A DNA stretch of 64,000 bases, from positions 2,053-66,052 of the forward strand of contig JADGHB010000009.1 of assembly GCA_019689635.1 (NCBI GenBank), given 5' to 3'. The translations under genes and the position numbers were made by a program. Origin of the DNA: Nevskia sp. GTDB taxonomy: Bacteria > Pseudomonadota > Gammaproteobacteria > Nevskiales > Nevskiaceae. This document shows, piece after piece, positions 49,347 through 60,067 of this stretch. Position 1 is the stretch's first letter, and the number at the start of each line of letters is the position of its first letter. The notes below the pieces were generated by a model that did no database searches, was not told the origin of the DNA, and saw nothing but the letters and a program-made list of their open reading frames with translations.

Positions 49347-51119
49347 TCAATTCGGCGCCTCCTCCATCAGCGCTTCGATGGTCGCAACCGGCGCACTGCC
49401 GTAGGAGAGGAAGCGTTCGTTGAAACGCTTGAGCGAAAATGCATCGCCCAGTTTCTGCCGCCGTGCCTCGCGGAAGCGGTAGATTTCGGAGAAGCCGGCG
49501 AAGTAACGCGTGAGCTGCACGCTGGAAAGCTGTACCCGGCGCCACTTGCCGACCGCCTCCTTGCGCGACTGGAAGGCTTCGCGCGTGAGCAGGTGCAGCG
49601 CCGCATCCTCGCTCATGCCCTGGGTGTGCACGCCGTAGTCGAGCAGGGTGTTGGTCACCGAGCGCAAATACCATTTCCAGTACATCAGCCACAGCTCCGG
49701 CGCGCCGCCGCCGTAGCCCGACTCCATCATCATGCGCTCGCTGTAAACGGCCCAACCTTCGATCATGCTGCCGTTGCCGAACACGCTCTTGATCTTGCTC
49801 GGCGACTTGTTGGCGTAGAGCAGCTGCACGTAGTGGCCGGGAATCGCCTCGTGGATGATGAAGATCGGCAGCATCCAGTCGTTGTACTCGCGCAGGAAAC
49901 TCTCGGCTTGTGCCGGCGACAGATCGTCGAGGGGGTCGACGTTGAAATACGTCCGCGCGGTGGGATCGTAGGGCCCCGGTGCCTCGATCCCGGCGACGGC
50001 CACCCCGCGTTCGTAGGGTGGCGTCACCCGCACCTGTAGCGGGCGGCTGGGGTCGAGATCGATCAAGTCGTGGCTCGTCACCCAATGCTCGAGCTGCGGG
50101 ATCAGTGCCTCGACCGCGGCGACGTAATGTTGCGGCGTGGTGTGCCGTTCCGAGATCTTCTCGATCACGCGCGCGATGCGCGTCTCGCGGTCTTCCGGCA
50201 GGGTCTCGGCGTTCAGGTATTTCGGCCACAGCTGCCGCGCCAGCGCGTCCATCCTGGCCAGGACACGTTCTTTTTCCGCCTGCGCGCGGCGATACAGCGC
50301 CTGCGCGCCGTCGCTTCCCGGGTTGTCGCAGGCGAATTTCTCCTCGTAGAGTCCTCGACCCAAGCGGAACGAGCGCGCGCCGTGGCGCAGCCGCTTGCGC
50401 TCGAGCGCCTCCAGCCAGGCGACGTGACCACGAATGGCGTTGCGGGCGTCGTACAGCCGGTCCAGAAAGACGGCGCGCTCTTGCGCCGACAGTCCGGAGC
50501 CGGCGAGTTGTTTTTCCAATTCCGGTCCGAACACGGACAACGCGCCCCGGTTCTGCTCGATGGCCAGTTCGGTGTGCTCGCGCGTGGGGTCGTGAATGTT
50601 CGCCCGCGCCGCGCGATAGTAGGCGGGCACGGCGGCCAGGCGCGCGGAAACCGTGCGCAGGCGCTGGTCCAGCGGCGCATAGGGCGTGTTCAGGAGCAAG
50701 GCGAAGGCGGAGGCGACGTTGTAAGTGGCGGGATTCCATTGCCACTCGCGCAGGCTGCGCCACTGCCAGCGCTCGCAGGCCAGCGCGTTGTCCAGCACCG
50801 CCCAGTCGGCGCGATGGCTGGGATCGAGCCGCCGCGGGTCCACCGCATGCAAACGCGCGCGCCATTGGTCGAGGAAGCGCAGGTACTCGGCGCGGTAGGC
50901 CGCATCCGGCACCGCCAGGCGCTCGGCCACACGGTAATAGCCCTCGGCGATCGCCGCATCCGGATTGCGTTGCCAGTATTCCTCGAGAAAGCGCTCTCCG
51001 AATTCGCGGTCAAAGCCGAGGTTTGCGTCGAGCGTGTCCGCGATGCCCGCCGCCGGTAGCAGGGCCAAGGACAAGAGCAATGGTCGCAGGCCTGGATGAC
51101 GGATCGCTCGAATAAACAC
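49347..51119 (-). CDS. DUF885 domain-containing protein
   Basis: HEAIPGHYVQL, IEGWAVYSE and LRSVTNTLLD.GVH motifs with a signal peptide. Confidence 0.93.
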   Translation of the reverse strand: MFIRAIRHPGLRPLLLSLALLPAAGIADTLDANLGFDREFGERFLEEYWQRNPDAAIAEGYYRVAERLAVPDAAYRAEYLRFLDQWRARLHAVDPRRLDPSHRADWAVLDNALACERWQWRSLREWQWNPATYNVASAFALLLNTPYAPLDQRLRTVSARLAAVPAYYRAARANIHDPTREHTELAIEQNRGALSVFGPELEKQLAGSGLSAQERAVFLDRLYDARNAIRGHVAWLEALERKRLRHGARSFRLGRGLYEEKFACDNPGSDGAQALYRRAQAEKERVLARMDALARQLWPKYLNAETLPEDRETRIARVIEKISERHTTPQHYVAAVEALIPQLEHWVTSHDLIDLDPSRPLQVRVTPPYERGVAVAGIEAPGPYDPTARTYFNVDPLDDLSPAQAESFLREYNDWMLPIFIIHEAIPGHYVQLLYANKSPSKIKSVFGNGSMIEGWAVYSERMMMESGYGGGAPELWLMYWKWYLRSVTNTLLDYGVHTQGMSEDAALHLLTREAFQSRKEAVGKWRRVQLSSVQLTRYFAGFSEIYRFREARRQKLGDAFSLKRFNERFLSYGSAPVATIEALMEEAPN

Positions 51120-51181
51120 GGAACCCCCTCGTTCTTGGCGTTGGCGCAGCGCATGCCCGCGCTTAAGCGGCGTGGGTTTTC

Positions 51182-51210
51182 TTGCCTGCGTATGGCGACG
51201 ACGTTACAAT
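51182..51210 (+). promoter_or_regulatory. Sigma70 promoter of tRNA-fMet
   Basis: TTGCCT, N17, TACAAT just upstream of the tRNA. Confidence 0.75.
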
Positions 51211-51224
51211 AAAAAACTCAGCGG

Positions 51225-51416
<192 letters not shown>

Positions 51417-51518
51417 AAAATCCCGCGCGACGTTTTCGCTAAAGTATCCTACCGCCGCGGCCGTAAGCGGCGTGAAGTCCATTGGATTTGCAAGCGACCC
51501 CATCGCGAGTACGCAAGG

Positions 51519-52280
51519 ATGAATCTGAAAGATGTCGCCGCCGTCATCACCGGCGGAGCTTCGGGTCTGGGTGCCGCCACCGCCGAGCTGCTGGCGCGCG
51601 AAGGTGCGCGCGTGACGATCTTCGACATGAACGAGGAGGCCGGCCGCGCGCTGGCCGCGAAACTCGGCGGTTTGTCTTTCAAGGTCGACGTCGTCGATCC
51701 GGCCAGCGTGGCCGAGGCGCTGGATGTTGCGCAGGCGAAGCTGGGTGTGGCGCGCGTGCTGGTCAACTGCGCCGGGATCGCGCTCGGCATGAAGACCGTC
51801 GGCAAGGAGTTCAAACCTCACCCTCTGGATCAATTTCGCAAGGTCGTCGAGGTCAATCTGATCGGCACCTTCAACGTCATCGCCCAGTTCGCCGCGCGGC
51901 TGGCGAAAGCCGAGCCTCTCGGCGAGGAGCGCGGCGTGATCGTCAATACCGCCTCGGTGGCCGCTTTCGAAGGACAGATCGGCCAGGCCGCCTACGCCGC
52001 ATCCAAGGCTGGCGTGGTCGGCATGACCTTACCCATCGCGCGCGACCTGGCGCTGCTCGGCATCCGCGTCGTCACCATCGCGCCGGGCATCTTCGCCACG
52101 CCGATGATGGCCAGCCTGCCCAAGGACGTGCAGGACTCGCTGGGCAAGCAAGTGCCCTTCCCCAGCCGCCTCGGCAAACCCGAGGAATACGCGCGGATGG
52201 TGCACAGCATCGTCACCAATCCCATGCTCAACGGCGAAACCATCCGCCTCGACGGCGCCATCCGAATGCCGCCGAAATAA
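51519..52280 (+). CDS. SDR, 3-hydroxyacyl-CoA dehydrogenase type II (HSD17B10-like)
   Basis: [42 protein letters not shown] and [13 protein letters not shown] motifs. Confidence 0.95.
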   Translation: MNLKDVAAVITGGASGLGAATAELLAREGARVTIFDMNEEAGRALAAKLGGLSFKVDVVDPASVAEALDVAQAKLGVARVLVNCAGIALGMKTVGKEFKPHPLDQFRKVVEVNLIGTFNVIAQFAARLAKAEPLGEERGVIVNTASVAAFEGQIGQAAYAASKAGVVGMTLPIARDLALLGIRVVTIAPGIFATPMMASLPKDVQDSLGKQVPFPSRLGKPEEYARMVHSIVTNPMLNGETIRLDGAIRMPPK

Positions 52281-52387
52281 GCGCCGCCCCGGCGTGGGCC
52301 GGCCTCATCGGCGTCCATTGTGGTGGCATGCGGTATGCTGGAGCAGAGTCTAATGCGGCCCTTTGGCTGCCCCCGGTCCCGAATTCC

Positions 52388-53425
52388 ATGAGTATTTCCC
52401 GCCTGCCGCCGCTGAACGCGCTCCGGGCCTTCGAGGCGGTCGCCCGCCATCGCAGTTTTCGCAAGGCAGCCGAGGAGTTATTCGTCACGCCCGCGGCGGT
52501 CACCCATCAGATCAAGGCGCTGGAGGAGCAGCTCGGAGTCGTCTTGTTTCAGCGCTTGAACCGCCGCATCGAGCTAACGCCTGCGGCCCTGGCCGCGCTG
52601 CCGCGGTTTCGCGATGCGTTCGAAGCGCTGGCGCAAGGGGTCGCGCAGTTGCGCGATCATGGCAAGAAGCCGCGCCTGACCGTGCGCTCCACGCCGACCT
52701 TCGTTTCGCGCTGGATGATGCCGCGCCTGCATCGCTTTCTATCGGCGCATCCGGACACCGACGTGCGCCTGTTGGCCAGCGGCCAGTTGATCAGCCCCTT
52801 GGCTCAGCAGCTCTTGACCGAAGAAGTGGGCGAGTCCGCACCGGAGCCGGACATCCACATCCAGTTCAGCAACGGCCGACCCGAAGGCGACGTCGTCGAC
52901 TTGCTGTTTGCGGTCGAGGTGGTTCCGATGGGTCATCCCCGTCTCCTGCGGGGGGCGCATCCGCTGCGCGAACCCGACGACCTGCGTCATCACACCCTGT
53001 TGCACGGCGATGGTGCCTTGAGCGATCGCAGCCGTTCGGCTTGGGCACGCTGGCTCGCGCACGCCGGGGCCACGCAGGTCGATCCCGAGCGCGGCCTCCA
53101 ATTCGATCATTCCACGCTGGCCTTGGAGGCGGCGGCGGATGGGCTGGGCGTCACTTTGGCCATGCCGCTGCTGGCGGAGGCGGAGCTCAAGCGCGGCGAT
53201 GTCGAGGTGGCATTTACCATCGCCCTGCCATTGGACAAGGCTTACTACGCGGTGACCACTTCTGCCGCGTTGGCGCGGCCGGAAGTGGCGGCGTTCCGGC
53301 AATGGCTGCTGACGGAAGCGGCAGCCGGTACCTCGACCGGCGAAGAGCCGGCAAAAAAAAGGGCCGCGAAGCAGCGCGGCCCGAAGGATCCCATGCGGGA
53401 TCTGGAGGAGACGGTACGGAACTAA
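52388..53425 (+). CDS. LysR-family regulator (GcvA-like)
   Basis: RLPPLNALRAFEAVARH.SF..AAEELFVTPAAV.HQIKALEE motif. Confidence 0.93.
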   Translation: MSISRLPPLNALRAFEAVARHRSFRKAAEELFVTPAAVTHQIKALEEQLGVVLFQRLNRRIELTPAALAALPRFRDAFEALAQGVAQLRDHGKKPRLTVRSTPTFVSRWMMPRLHRFLSAHPDTDVRLLASGQLISPLAQQLLTEEVGESAPEPDIHIQFSNGRPEGDVVDLLFAVEVVPMGHPRLLRGAHPLREPDDLRHHTLLHGDGALSDRSRSAWARWLAHAGATQVDPERGLQFDHSTLALEAAADGLGVTLAMPLLAEAELKRGDVEVAFTIALPLDKAYYAVTTSAALARPEVAAFRQWLLTEAAAGTSTGEEPAKKRAAKQRGPKDPMRDLEETVRN

Positions 53426-53427
53426 GC

Positions 53428-53673
53428 TCAGGCCGCCTTGGCGCGCTTGGACGGGAGGGAGAACTCACACCGGGGGAGGGCCGCCTTGGCAGGCTGAGGC
53501 TGGCCTAGACCAGGGTGCGCGTCGCCTCGAACCGGAAGCGACGCGGTCTCAGTGCAAGCCCGCTCGCGCCGCTGGCGCAAACTGTCGACGAAGATCAGGG
53601 CTAGCAACAGCGCAACGGCGAATACGAACGAACCGATCACGGCATCGAGAAACGGTACGGCCAAGCCATCCAT
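53428..53673 (-). CDS. Small membrane-anchored hypothetical protein (81 aa)
   Basis: AGGAG RBS and a single N-terminal hydrophobic helix. Confidence 0.6.
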   Translation of the reverse strand: MDGLAVPFLDAVIGSFVFAVALLLALIFVDSLRQRRERACTETASLPVRGDAHPGLGQPQPAKAALPRCEFSLPSKRAKAA

Positions 53674-53994
53674 CGGTTTGCTCCTGGTGGGGTCGCCGCG
53701 AGCTGCGGCGACTCGACGCCATGAAATTTACGGGGCGCTACTGCACTGCAACAATTGATATTTCATGCAGCCTGTGTTTAGGAAAGCTAAAGCGTTGGCA
53801 GGGCGGCATCTCCACACTGCGGTCGGCCTCGAAGGCCAAAAAAGCAGGGGCCTCATCCCCAGCCCGCGCGGGGCACTACGGGAAGGATTGGTCCGAGTGA
53901 TCGAGTTCCGGACGGCCGGGCGAGGGAAGGCGGTCACTGTGGAGCGAGCTGGAAAAGACCACGAAGTTTTTTGATGACCCGCTGGAGACGAAAC

Positions 53995-54696
53995 ATGAAG
54001 AACCAACCCACGGTACTGATCACCGGCGCGGCTGGGGCCTTGGGACGTGCGGTGGCCACGGCGTTTCACGACGAGGGTTGGCGGCTGGCTTTGCTCGACC
54101 TCAGCGAACGGGCGCTCGCGGCGACCTATCCCGCCGAGGACGCCGGTTACCTGCTGTTGCCTGCCGATTTGCTCGATGAGGCCGCCACCGCCCGCGCGGT
54201 GGAGCAGGCAGTCGCCCGCTTTGGCTGCATGGAGGCCTTGTGCAACCTCGCCGGCGGTTTCGATATGGGCCCCCCGGTGCACGAAACCACGCCCGCCCAG
54301 TGGCAGAAGATGCAGGATCTCAACGTCCACACCCTGCTCAACAGCGTGCGCGCGGTGGTGCCGAAGATGCTCGCCGCCGGCGGCGGGCGGATCGTCAACG
54401 TGGCTGCCATGGGCGGACTCGTCGGGCGCCCGTACCAGGGGGCCTACGGCGCTTCCAAGAGCGCGGTGATCCGCTTGACCGAGGCCATGGCCGCCGAACT
54501 GCGCGAAAAATGCATCAACGTGAATTGCGTGCTGCCCAGCATCCTCGATACTCCGGCCAACCGCGCGGCCATGCCCGATGCGGACTTCGGCAAATGGGTC
54601 GCACCGGCCGATCTGGCCCGCGTGATCCTGTTTTTGTGCTCCGAGGCGGCGCGTGCCATCCATGGCGCGGCGATTCCCGTCGTCGGGCTGAGTTAA
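53995..54696 (+). CDS. SDR-family NAD(P)-dependent oxidoreductase
   Basis: TGAAGALG, NLAGG, YGASK and NVNCVLPSILDTPANR motifs. Confidence 0.92.
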   Translation: MKNQPTVLITGAAGALGRAVATAFHDEGWRLALLDLSERALAATYPAEDAGYLLLPADLLDEAATARAVEQAVARFGCMEALCNLAGGFDMGPPVHETTPAQWQKMQDLNVHTLLNSVRAVVPKMLAAGGGRIVNVAAMGGLVGRPYQGAYGASKSAVIRLTEAMAAELREKCINVNCVLPSILDTPANRAAMPDADFGKWVAPADLARVILFLCSEAARAIHGAAIPVVGLS

Positions 54697-54892
54697 CCGC
54701 GGCGAGCCGCGCGTCTGTGGCCCGATACAGGCGGGGTTCCCGGGGCGGGCGGGGCCAGGCCGACCCCTAGCGCCAGGCGCCCTCGCCGTGTATCATTCAC
54801 GACCCGCAGAAATGCGGATGCGGATGGTGGCTGGAGGGGCAGTCGTCGCACGCGGTGCACCTCCGCCAACCAACGACTGGTCTTGGTGTGCC

Positions 54893-54914
54893 AGGCCCCT
54901 CGCGGGCCTTTTTT
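54893..54914 (+). terminator. Terminator-like hairpin in the rimP leader
   Basis: AGGCCC-CTCGC-GGGCCT followed by a T-run, about 45 nt upstream of rimP. Confidence 0.7.
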
Positions 54915-54957
54915 ATTGGTGTGCCCTTGTGGCGCGGAATGGTTTGAAGTCGAAGTC

Positions 54958-55482
54958 ATGGCAGCACTGAGCGAGCGCTTGACGCAGCTGTTGGAGCCGG
55001 TGGTGAACGCCCTCGGCTACGAGCTCGTGCTGCTCGAATTCAGCCCGCATCGCGGGCATGCGAACCTGCGCCTGTACATCGACCGTCTGAGCGGCGGCGA
55101 CGGGATCGGGCTCGACGACTGCGAGAAGGTCAGCCGCGAAGTGGCGGCGGCCCTCGACGTGGCGGATCCGATTCCGCACAGCTACCGGTTGGAAGTGTCC
55201 TCGCCGGGGCTCGACCGGCCGCTGGTCAAGCCGGTGCACTTCCGCCGTTTCCGCGGTGCGCAGGTCCGCGTGCAGACGCTCGCTCCGCTGGCCGGTCGCC
55301 GCCGTTTCCTGGGCGAGCTGGTGGATGCGGACGACACCACGGTGACCTTGCGCACGGCCGAAGGCAGCCTGCGCTTGCCGTTCGCCGACATCGAGCGCGC
55401 GCGCCTGGTGCCGGACTACGCTGCCGCCGGCGCGCCTCGCTGGGAGCCGTCTATGAATTCGGATGGAGCATCGGACCGATGA
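54958..55482 (+). CDS. rimP: Ribosome maturation factor RimP
   Basis: LRLYID, DDCEKVSR...LDVADPI and Y.LEVSSPGLDRPL motifs. Confidence 0.96.
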   Translation: MAALSERLTQLLEPVVNALGYELVLLEFSPHRGHANLRLYIDRLSGGDGIGLDDCEKVSREVAAALDVADPIPHSYRLEVSSPGLDRPLVKPVHFRRFRGAQVRVQTLAPLAGRRRFLGELVDADDTTVTLRTAEGSLRLPFADIERARLVPDYAAAGAPRWEPSMNSDGASDR

Positions 55483-56975
55483 ACAAGAACGTGCTGTTGA
55501 TGGTGGACGCGGTGTCCAACGAGAAAGGCGTGGACCGCGAAGTCATCTTTGAAGCGCTGGAAGCGGCGCTGGCCTCGGCCAGCAAGGAACACTACGGTGC
55601 CGACTGGGACATCCGCGTCTCGATCGACCGTACCACCGGCGACTACAGCACCTACCGCCGCTGGACCGTGGTCGACGACGAGGACGAAAACTTCGAGTCG
55701 CCGGCCCGGCAGATCCTGCTGGCGCGCGCCCGGGAGACCGATCCCGACGCCCAGCCCGGCGACGTGCGCGAAGAGCCGCTGCCCTCCATCGAGTTCGGGC
55801 GCATCGGCGCACAGAAGGCCAAGCAGGTGATCTTCCAGCGGGTGCGCGACGCCGAGCGCGCGCGCGTGGTGGAAGCCTACAAGGACCGGGTCGGTGAGTT
55901 GATGACCGGTCTGGTCAAGCGCCTGGAGCGCGGCGCGGTGATCGTGGATCTCGGCGGGACCACCGAGGCGATCATCCCGCGCGAGCACCTGATCCCGCGC
56001 GAACCGGTGCGGATCGGCGACCGGGTGCGCGGTTATCTGTACGAAGTCAGCGCGCAGACGCGCGGACCGCAGCTGTTCTTGTCGCGCACCTCGCCGAAAT
56101 TCCTGATCGAGCTGTTCAAGCTCGAGGTGCCGGAGATCGCTCAGGGCCTGATCGAGATCAAGGGCGCGGCGCGCGATCCCGGCCTGCGCGCAAAGATCGC
56201 GGTGCAGGCCAAGGACAAACGCATCGACCCGGTCGGGGCCTGCGTGGGCATGCGTGGTTCCCGCGTGCAAAGCGTGTCCAACGAACTTGCCGGCGAGCGC
56301 ATCGACATCGTGCCCTGGGACGAGAACCCGGCGCAGTTCGTGATCAACGCCATGGCCCCCGCCGAAGTCGAGTCCATCGTCGTCGACGAGGAATCCCATT
56401 CCATGGCGATCGCGGTGGCCGAGGACAAGCTCGCTCAGGCGATCGGCCGCGGCGGCCAGAACGTACGCCTGGCTTCCGAGTTGACCGGCTGGGTTTTGAA
56501 CGTGATGACGACGGCCGAAGCCGAATCGAGGAAGGAGCAGGAGAACCAGGCTCTGCAGAAGCTGTTCATGGAGCAACTCGATGTCGATGCCGACATCGCC
56601 AACATCTTGGTGCAGGAAGGCTTCGCCTCGATCGAGGAGGTGGCCTACGTGCCCGAGGCCGAGCTGCTCGGCATCCAGGAATTCGACGAGGAGATCGTCC
56701 ACGAGCTGCGCAACCGCGCTCGCGACCGGCTGCTGAGCAAGGCCCTGGCCAAGGCCGAGGAGGCGGCTTCGGTCAAGCCGGCCGAGGATCTCTTGGCGGT
56801 CGAAGGCGTGGATGAAGAACTCGCCTACCAACTGGCCGCGGTGGGCGTGGTCAGCCGCGAGGATCTGGCCGATCTCGCCACCGACGAGTTGCTGGAAAAG
56901 TTGCCGGCGCTGGAAGAATCACGCGCTGCGCAATTGATCATGAGTGCGCGTGGATTTAGCCCGCAGCAGGCTTAA
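55479..56975 (+). CDS. nusA: Transcription termination/antitermination factor NusA
   Basis: NEKGV, FGRIGAQKAKQVI.QRVRDAER, ARDPG.RAKIAV and AIGRGGQNVRLAS motifs. Confidence 0.98.
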   Translation: MNKNVLLMVDAVSNEKGVDREVIFEALEAALASASKEHYGADWDIRVSIDRTTGDYSTYRRWTVVDDEDENFESPARQILLARARETDPDAQPGDVREEPLPSIEFGRIGAQKAKQVIFQRVRDAERARVVEAYKDRVGELMTGLVKRLERGAVIVDLGGTTEAIIPREHLIPREPVRIGDRVRGYLYEVSAQTRGPQLFLSRTSPKFLIELFKLEVPEIAQGLIEIKGAARDPGLRAKIAVQAKDKRIDPVGACVGMRGSRVQSVSNELAGERIDIVPWDENPAQFVINAMAPAEVESIVVDEESHSMAIAVAEDKLAQAIGRGGQNVRLASELTGWVLNVMTTAEAESRKEQENQALQKLFMEQLDVDADIANILVQEGFASIEEVAYVPEAELLGIQEFDEEIVHELRNRARDRLLSKALAKAEEAASVKPAEDLLAVEGVDEELAYQLAAVGVVSREDLADLATDELLEKLPALEESRAAQLIMSARGFSPQQA

Positions 56976-57002
56976 GGTCACGCACCACCGGAGTCCGCCA
57001 TC

Positions 57003-59579
57003 ATGAGCAGCACCCTCACCGTATCCGATCTCGCCAGCGAGCTGCACAAGCCGGTGGACGAGATGCTGGCGCAGCTCAAGGAAGCCGGCGTCGCGGTCGA
57101 AAACGAAAAATCACCGCTCAAGCCGGCGGACAAACTCGCGCTGCTCAACCACCTGCAGAAAACCAGCCGCGCCGCCGCGCTCGGCACCGTCGAGCCACGG
57201 CGCATCACGCTCAAGCGCAAGGAGACCACCGAGCTCAAGCTCGGCGGTGGCCGTGGGTTGCCTTCCAAGACGGTCAGCATCGAGGTCCGCAAACGCCGCA
57301 CCTACGTCAAGCGCGACGCGCTGTCCGAGACCGACGCGGTCACGCCGGATGCCGCCGATGCCGTCGAGGCGCAGGCGCAGGCCCAACGCGAGGCGGAAGC
57401 GCGCGCGGCTGCCGAGGCTGAAGCTCGCCGCCATCAGGAAGACCTCGAGCGCAAGCTACGCGAGGAGGAGGCCGCCCGCGCGCGGCAGGCCGAGGAGGAG
57501 GCGCAGCGCAAGCAGGCCGAGGAGGCCGAGCGTCTCAAGAACGATCCCATCTACCGCGCGCGGATGGAGGCGGAGGCGGCGCGCAAACGCGCGGAGGAAA
57601 ACCTGCGCCGTGCCTCCGAGGTGCGGCCGGCGCCGGCCGCACCGCCGCCGGCCAAGAAACCGGAACGCGAACGCGGCGGTGCGCACCGCAACGAGCTGCA
57701 TCTCGCCGAGGGCCGCAGTGGGCGGCGCGAGAAGCGCTCCAAGAAACCCAGTGGCCAGATCCGGGTCGAGAACGTACACGTATTCGAAAAGCCGGTGGCG
57801 CCGATCGTGCGCGAGGTGGAAGTGCCGGAGGCGATCACCGTCGCCGAGCTCGCCAACCGCATGGCGATCAAGGCCACCGAACTGATCAAGGCGCTGATGA
57901 AGAACGGCGTGCTGGCCACCATCAACCAGACGCTGGATCAAGACACCGCCGCGATCATGGTCGAGGAGCTCGGCCACAAGGCCAAGCTGGTCAAGGCGAC
58001 CGACGCCGAGGAGGCGCTGGTCCAGGCTGCCACCGGAGAGACCCGCGAGCTGCCTCTGCTGCCGCGGCCGCCGGTGGTCACCATCATGGGCCATGTGGAC
58101 CACGGTAAGACCAGTCTGCTCGATTACATCCGCAAGACCCGCGTGGCCGCCGGCGAGGCCGGGGGCATCACCCAGCACATCGGGGCTTATCACGTGAAGA
58201 CGGCCAAGGGCGTGATCACGTTTCTCGACACGCCGGGCCACGCGGCGTTTACGCGCATGCGCGCGCGCGGCGCCCAAGTCACCGACGTGGTGGTGCTGGT
58301 GGTGGCGGGCGACGACAGCGTGATGCCGCAGACGCGCGAGGCGATCCAGCATGCGCGCGCGGCCAAGGCGCCGATCGTGGTCGCCGTGACCAAGATGGAC
58401 AAGCCGCAGGCCAGCCTCGAACGAGTCAAGAACGATCTGCTCAAGGAAGAGGTGGTCGCCGAGGAATACGGCGGCGACGTGCAGTTCGTCGGGGTGTCTT
58501 CGTTCACCGGCCAGGGCGTGGACGAGCTGCTCGACGCGATCCTGTTGCAAGCCGAGGTGCTGGAGCTAAAAGCGCCAGTGGAAGGCCCGGCGCGCGGCAC
58601 CATCGTGGAGTCCTCGCTCGAAAAAGGTCGCGGACCGGTGGCCACGGTCCTGGTGCGCGCGGGCACCTTGCGGCCCGGCGACGTGATCTTAAGCGGTCCT
58701 TACTTCGGTCGCGTGCGCGCGATGTTCGACGAAAACGGGCGCCCCGTGAAGGAGGCCGGCCCTTCGATTCCGGTGCAGGTGCTGGGTCTGTCCGGCGTGC
58801 CCGACGCGGGCGACGAGGTGGTGGTGGTCGCCGACGAGCGCAAGGCGCGCGAACTCGCGCTGCTGCGCGAAACCAAGCAGCGCGAAGCGAAGCTGGCTTC
58901 CACCCAGGCGGTGCGCATGGATCAGGTGTTCGCCCGCATGGGCGAGGGCGAACAGAAGACGCTCAACCTGATGATCAAGGCCGATGTGCAGGGTAGCGTC
59001 GAGGCCTTGACCGAAGCCTTGCGCAAGCTGCCCAGCGCCGAGGTCAAGGTCAACGTCGTGTCGGCGAGCCTCGGCGGCATCAGCGAATCCGATGTCGATC
59101 TGGCGCTGGCTTCGCGCGCCATCATCATCGGTTTCAACGTGCGCGCCGACGCGGTCGCCCGCCGGCGCATCCAGGAAACCGGCGTGGACGTGCGCTATTA
59201 CTCGATCATCTACGAGGTCATCGACGACGTGCAGGACGCCATCGGCGGCCTGCTCGGCACCGAAGTGCGCGAGCAGATCGTCGGCATCGCCGAAGTGCGC
59301 GAGGTGTTTCGCTCCAGCAAGTTCGGCAACATCGCCGGCTGCCTGGTGGTGGAGGGCGAGGTACGCAAGGGCCTGCCGATCCGCGTGCTGCGCAACCAGA
59401 CGGTGATCTACGAGGGCGAGCTGGAATCGCTGCGCCGGCACAAGGACGACGTCGCCAAAGTCGCCGCCGGCACCGAGTGCGGCATCGGCGTCAAGAACTA
59501 CAACGACGTCAAGATCGGCGACCAGATCGAGTGCTACGAGCGCGTGGAAGTGCGCCGTACGGTCAAGGCCGAGGCCTAG
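57003..59579 (+). CDS. infB: Translation initiation factor IF-2
   Basis: [28 protein letters not shown] and [11 protein letters not shown] motifs. Confidence 0.98.
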   Translation: MSSTLTVSDLASELHKPVDEMLAQLKEAGVAVENEKSPLKPADKLALLNHLQKTSRAAALGTVEPRRITLKRKETTELKLGGGRGLPSKTVSIEVRKRRTYVKRDALSETDAVTPDAADAVEAQAQAQREAEARAAAEAEARRHQEDLERKLREEEAARARQAEEEAQRKQAEEAERLKNDPIYRARMEAEAARKRAEENLRRASEVRPAPAAPPPAKKPERERGGAHRNELHLAEGRSGRREKRSKKPSGQIRVENVHVFEKPVAPIVREVEVPEAITVAELANRMAIKATELIKALMKNGVLATINQTLDQDTAAIMVEELGHKAKLVKATDAEEALVQAATGETRELPLLPRPPVVTIMGHVDHGKTSLLDYIRKTRVAAGEAGGITQHIGAYHVKTAKGVITFLDTPGHAAFTRMRARGAQVTDVVVLVVAGDDSVMPQTREAIQHARAAKAPIVVAVTKMDKPQASLERVKNDLLKEEVVAEEYGGDVQFVGVSSFTGQGVDELLDAILLQAEVLELKAPVEGPARGTIVESSLEKGRGPVATVLVRAGTLRPGDVILSGPYFGRVRAMFDENGRPVKEAGPSIPVQVLGLSGVPDAGDEVVVVADERKARELALLRETKQREAKLASTQAVRMDQVFARMGEGEQKTLNLMIKADVQGSVEALTEALRKLPSAEVKVNVVSASLGGISESDVDLALASRAIIIGFNVRADAVARRRIQETGVDVRYYSIIYEVIDDVQDAIGGLLGTEVREQIVGIAEVREVFRSSKFGNIAGCLVVEGEVRKGLPIRVLRNQTVIYEGELESLRRHKDDVAKVAAGTECGIGVKNYNDVKIGDQIECYERVEVRRTVKAEA

Positions 59580-59671
59580 GAACGGTTTGCGGTGCCCGGT
59601 CCGAGTTGCGGGAGCGCGTCGTTGCCCAGCGTGTCTGGCTGGCCGCTGGGCAAGCAAAACTGGACCTCGCC

Positions 59672-60067
59672 ATGAAAGATTACCCCCGTTCTGCGCGGCT
59701 CAACGCGCAGTTGCAGCAGGAGCTGTCCGCGCTGTTGCGCGCCGACGTGCTGCGCGACCCGCGGCTCTATCAGGCCGTACTCACCGTCACCGCTGTGGAA
59801 GTGAGCGCCGATCTCGGCAGTGCGCGCGTGCGCGTGAGCTGGTTGGGCGAGGACCGACGTCTGGAGGAATGCGTGGCGACCCTCAATCATGCCGCCGGCA
59901 AGCTGCGCCACGAACTGGGCTTGCGTTTGCATCTGCGCCATGTGCCGACGCTGCGCTTCGTCGCCGATACCGCATTGCGCGAAGGCGATCGCATCGGCGG
60001 TCTGATCCGCGCCGCGATCCAGGAAGACCACCGGCACGCCATTGAAAGAGGCGATGACGAAAGTTGA
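59672..60067 (+). CDS. rbfA: Ribosome-binding factor A
   Basis: R..RL..QLQQEL, RDPRL, VEVSADL..ARV and LR.VP.LRF..D motifs. Confidence 0.95.
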   Translation: MKDYPRSARLNAQLQQELSALLRADVLRDPRLYQAVLTVTAVEVSADLGSARVRVSWLGEDRRLEECVATLNHAAGKLRHELGLRLHLRHVPTLRFVADTALREGDRIGGLIRAAIQEDHRHAIERGDDES

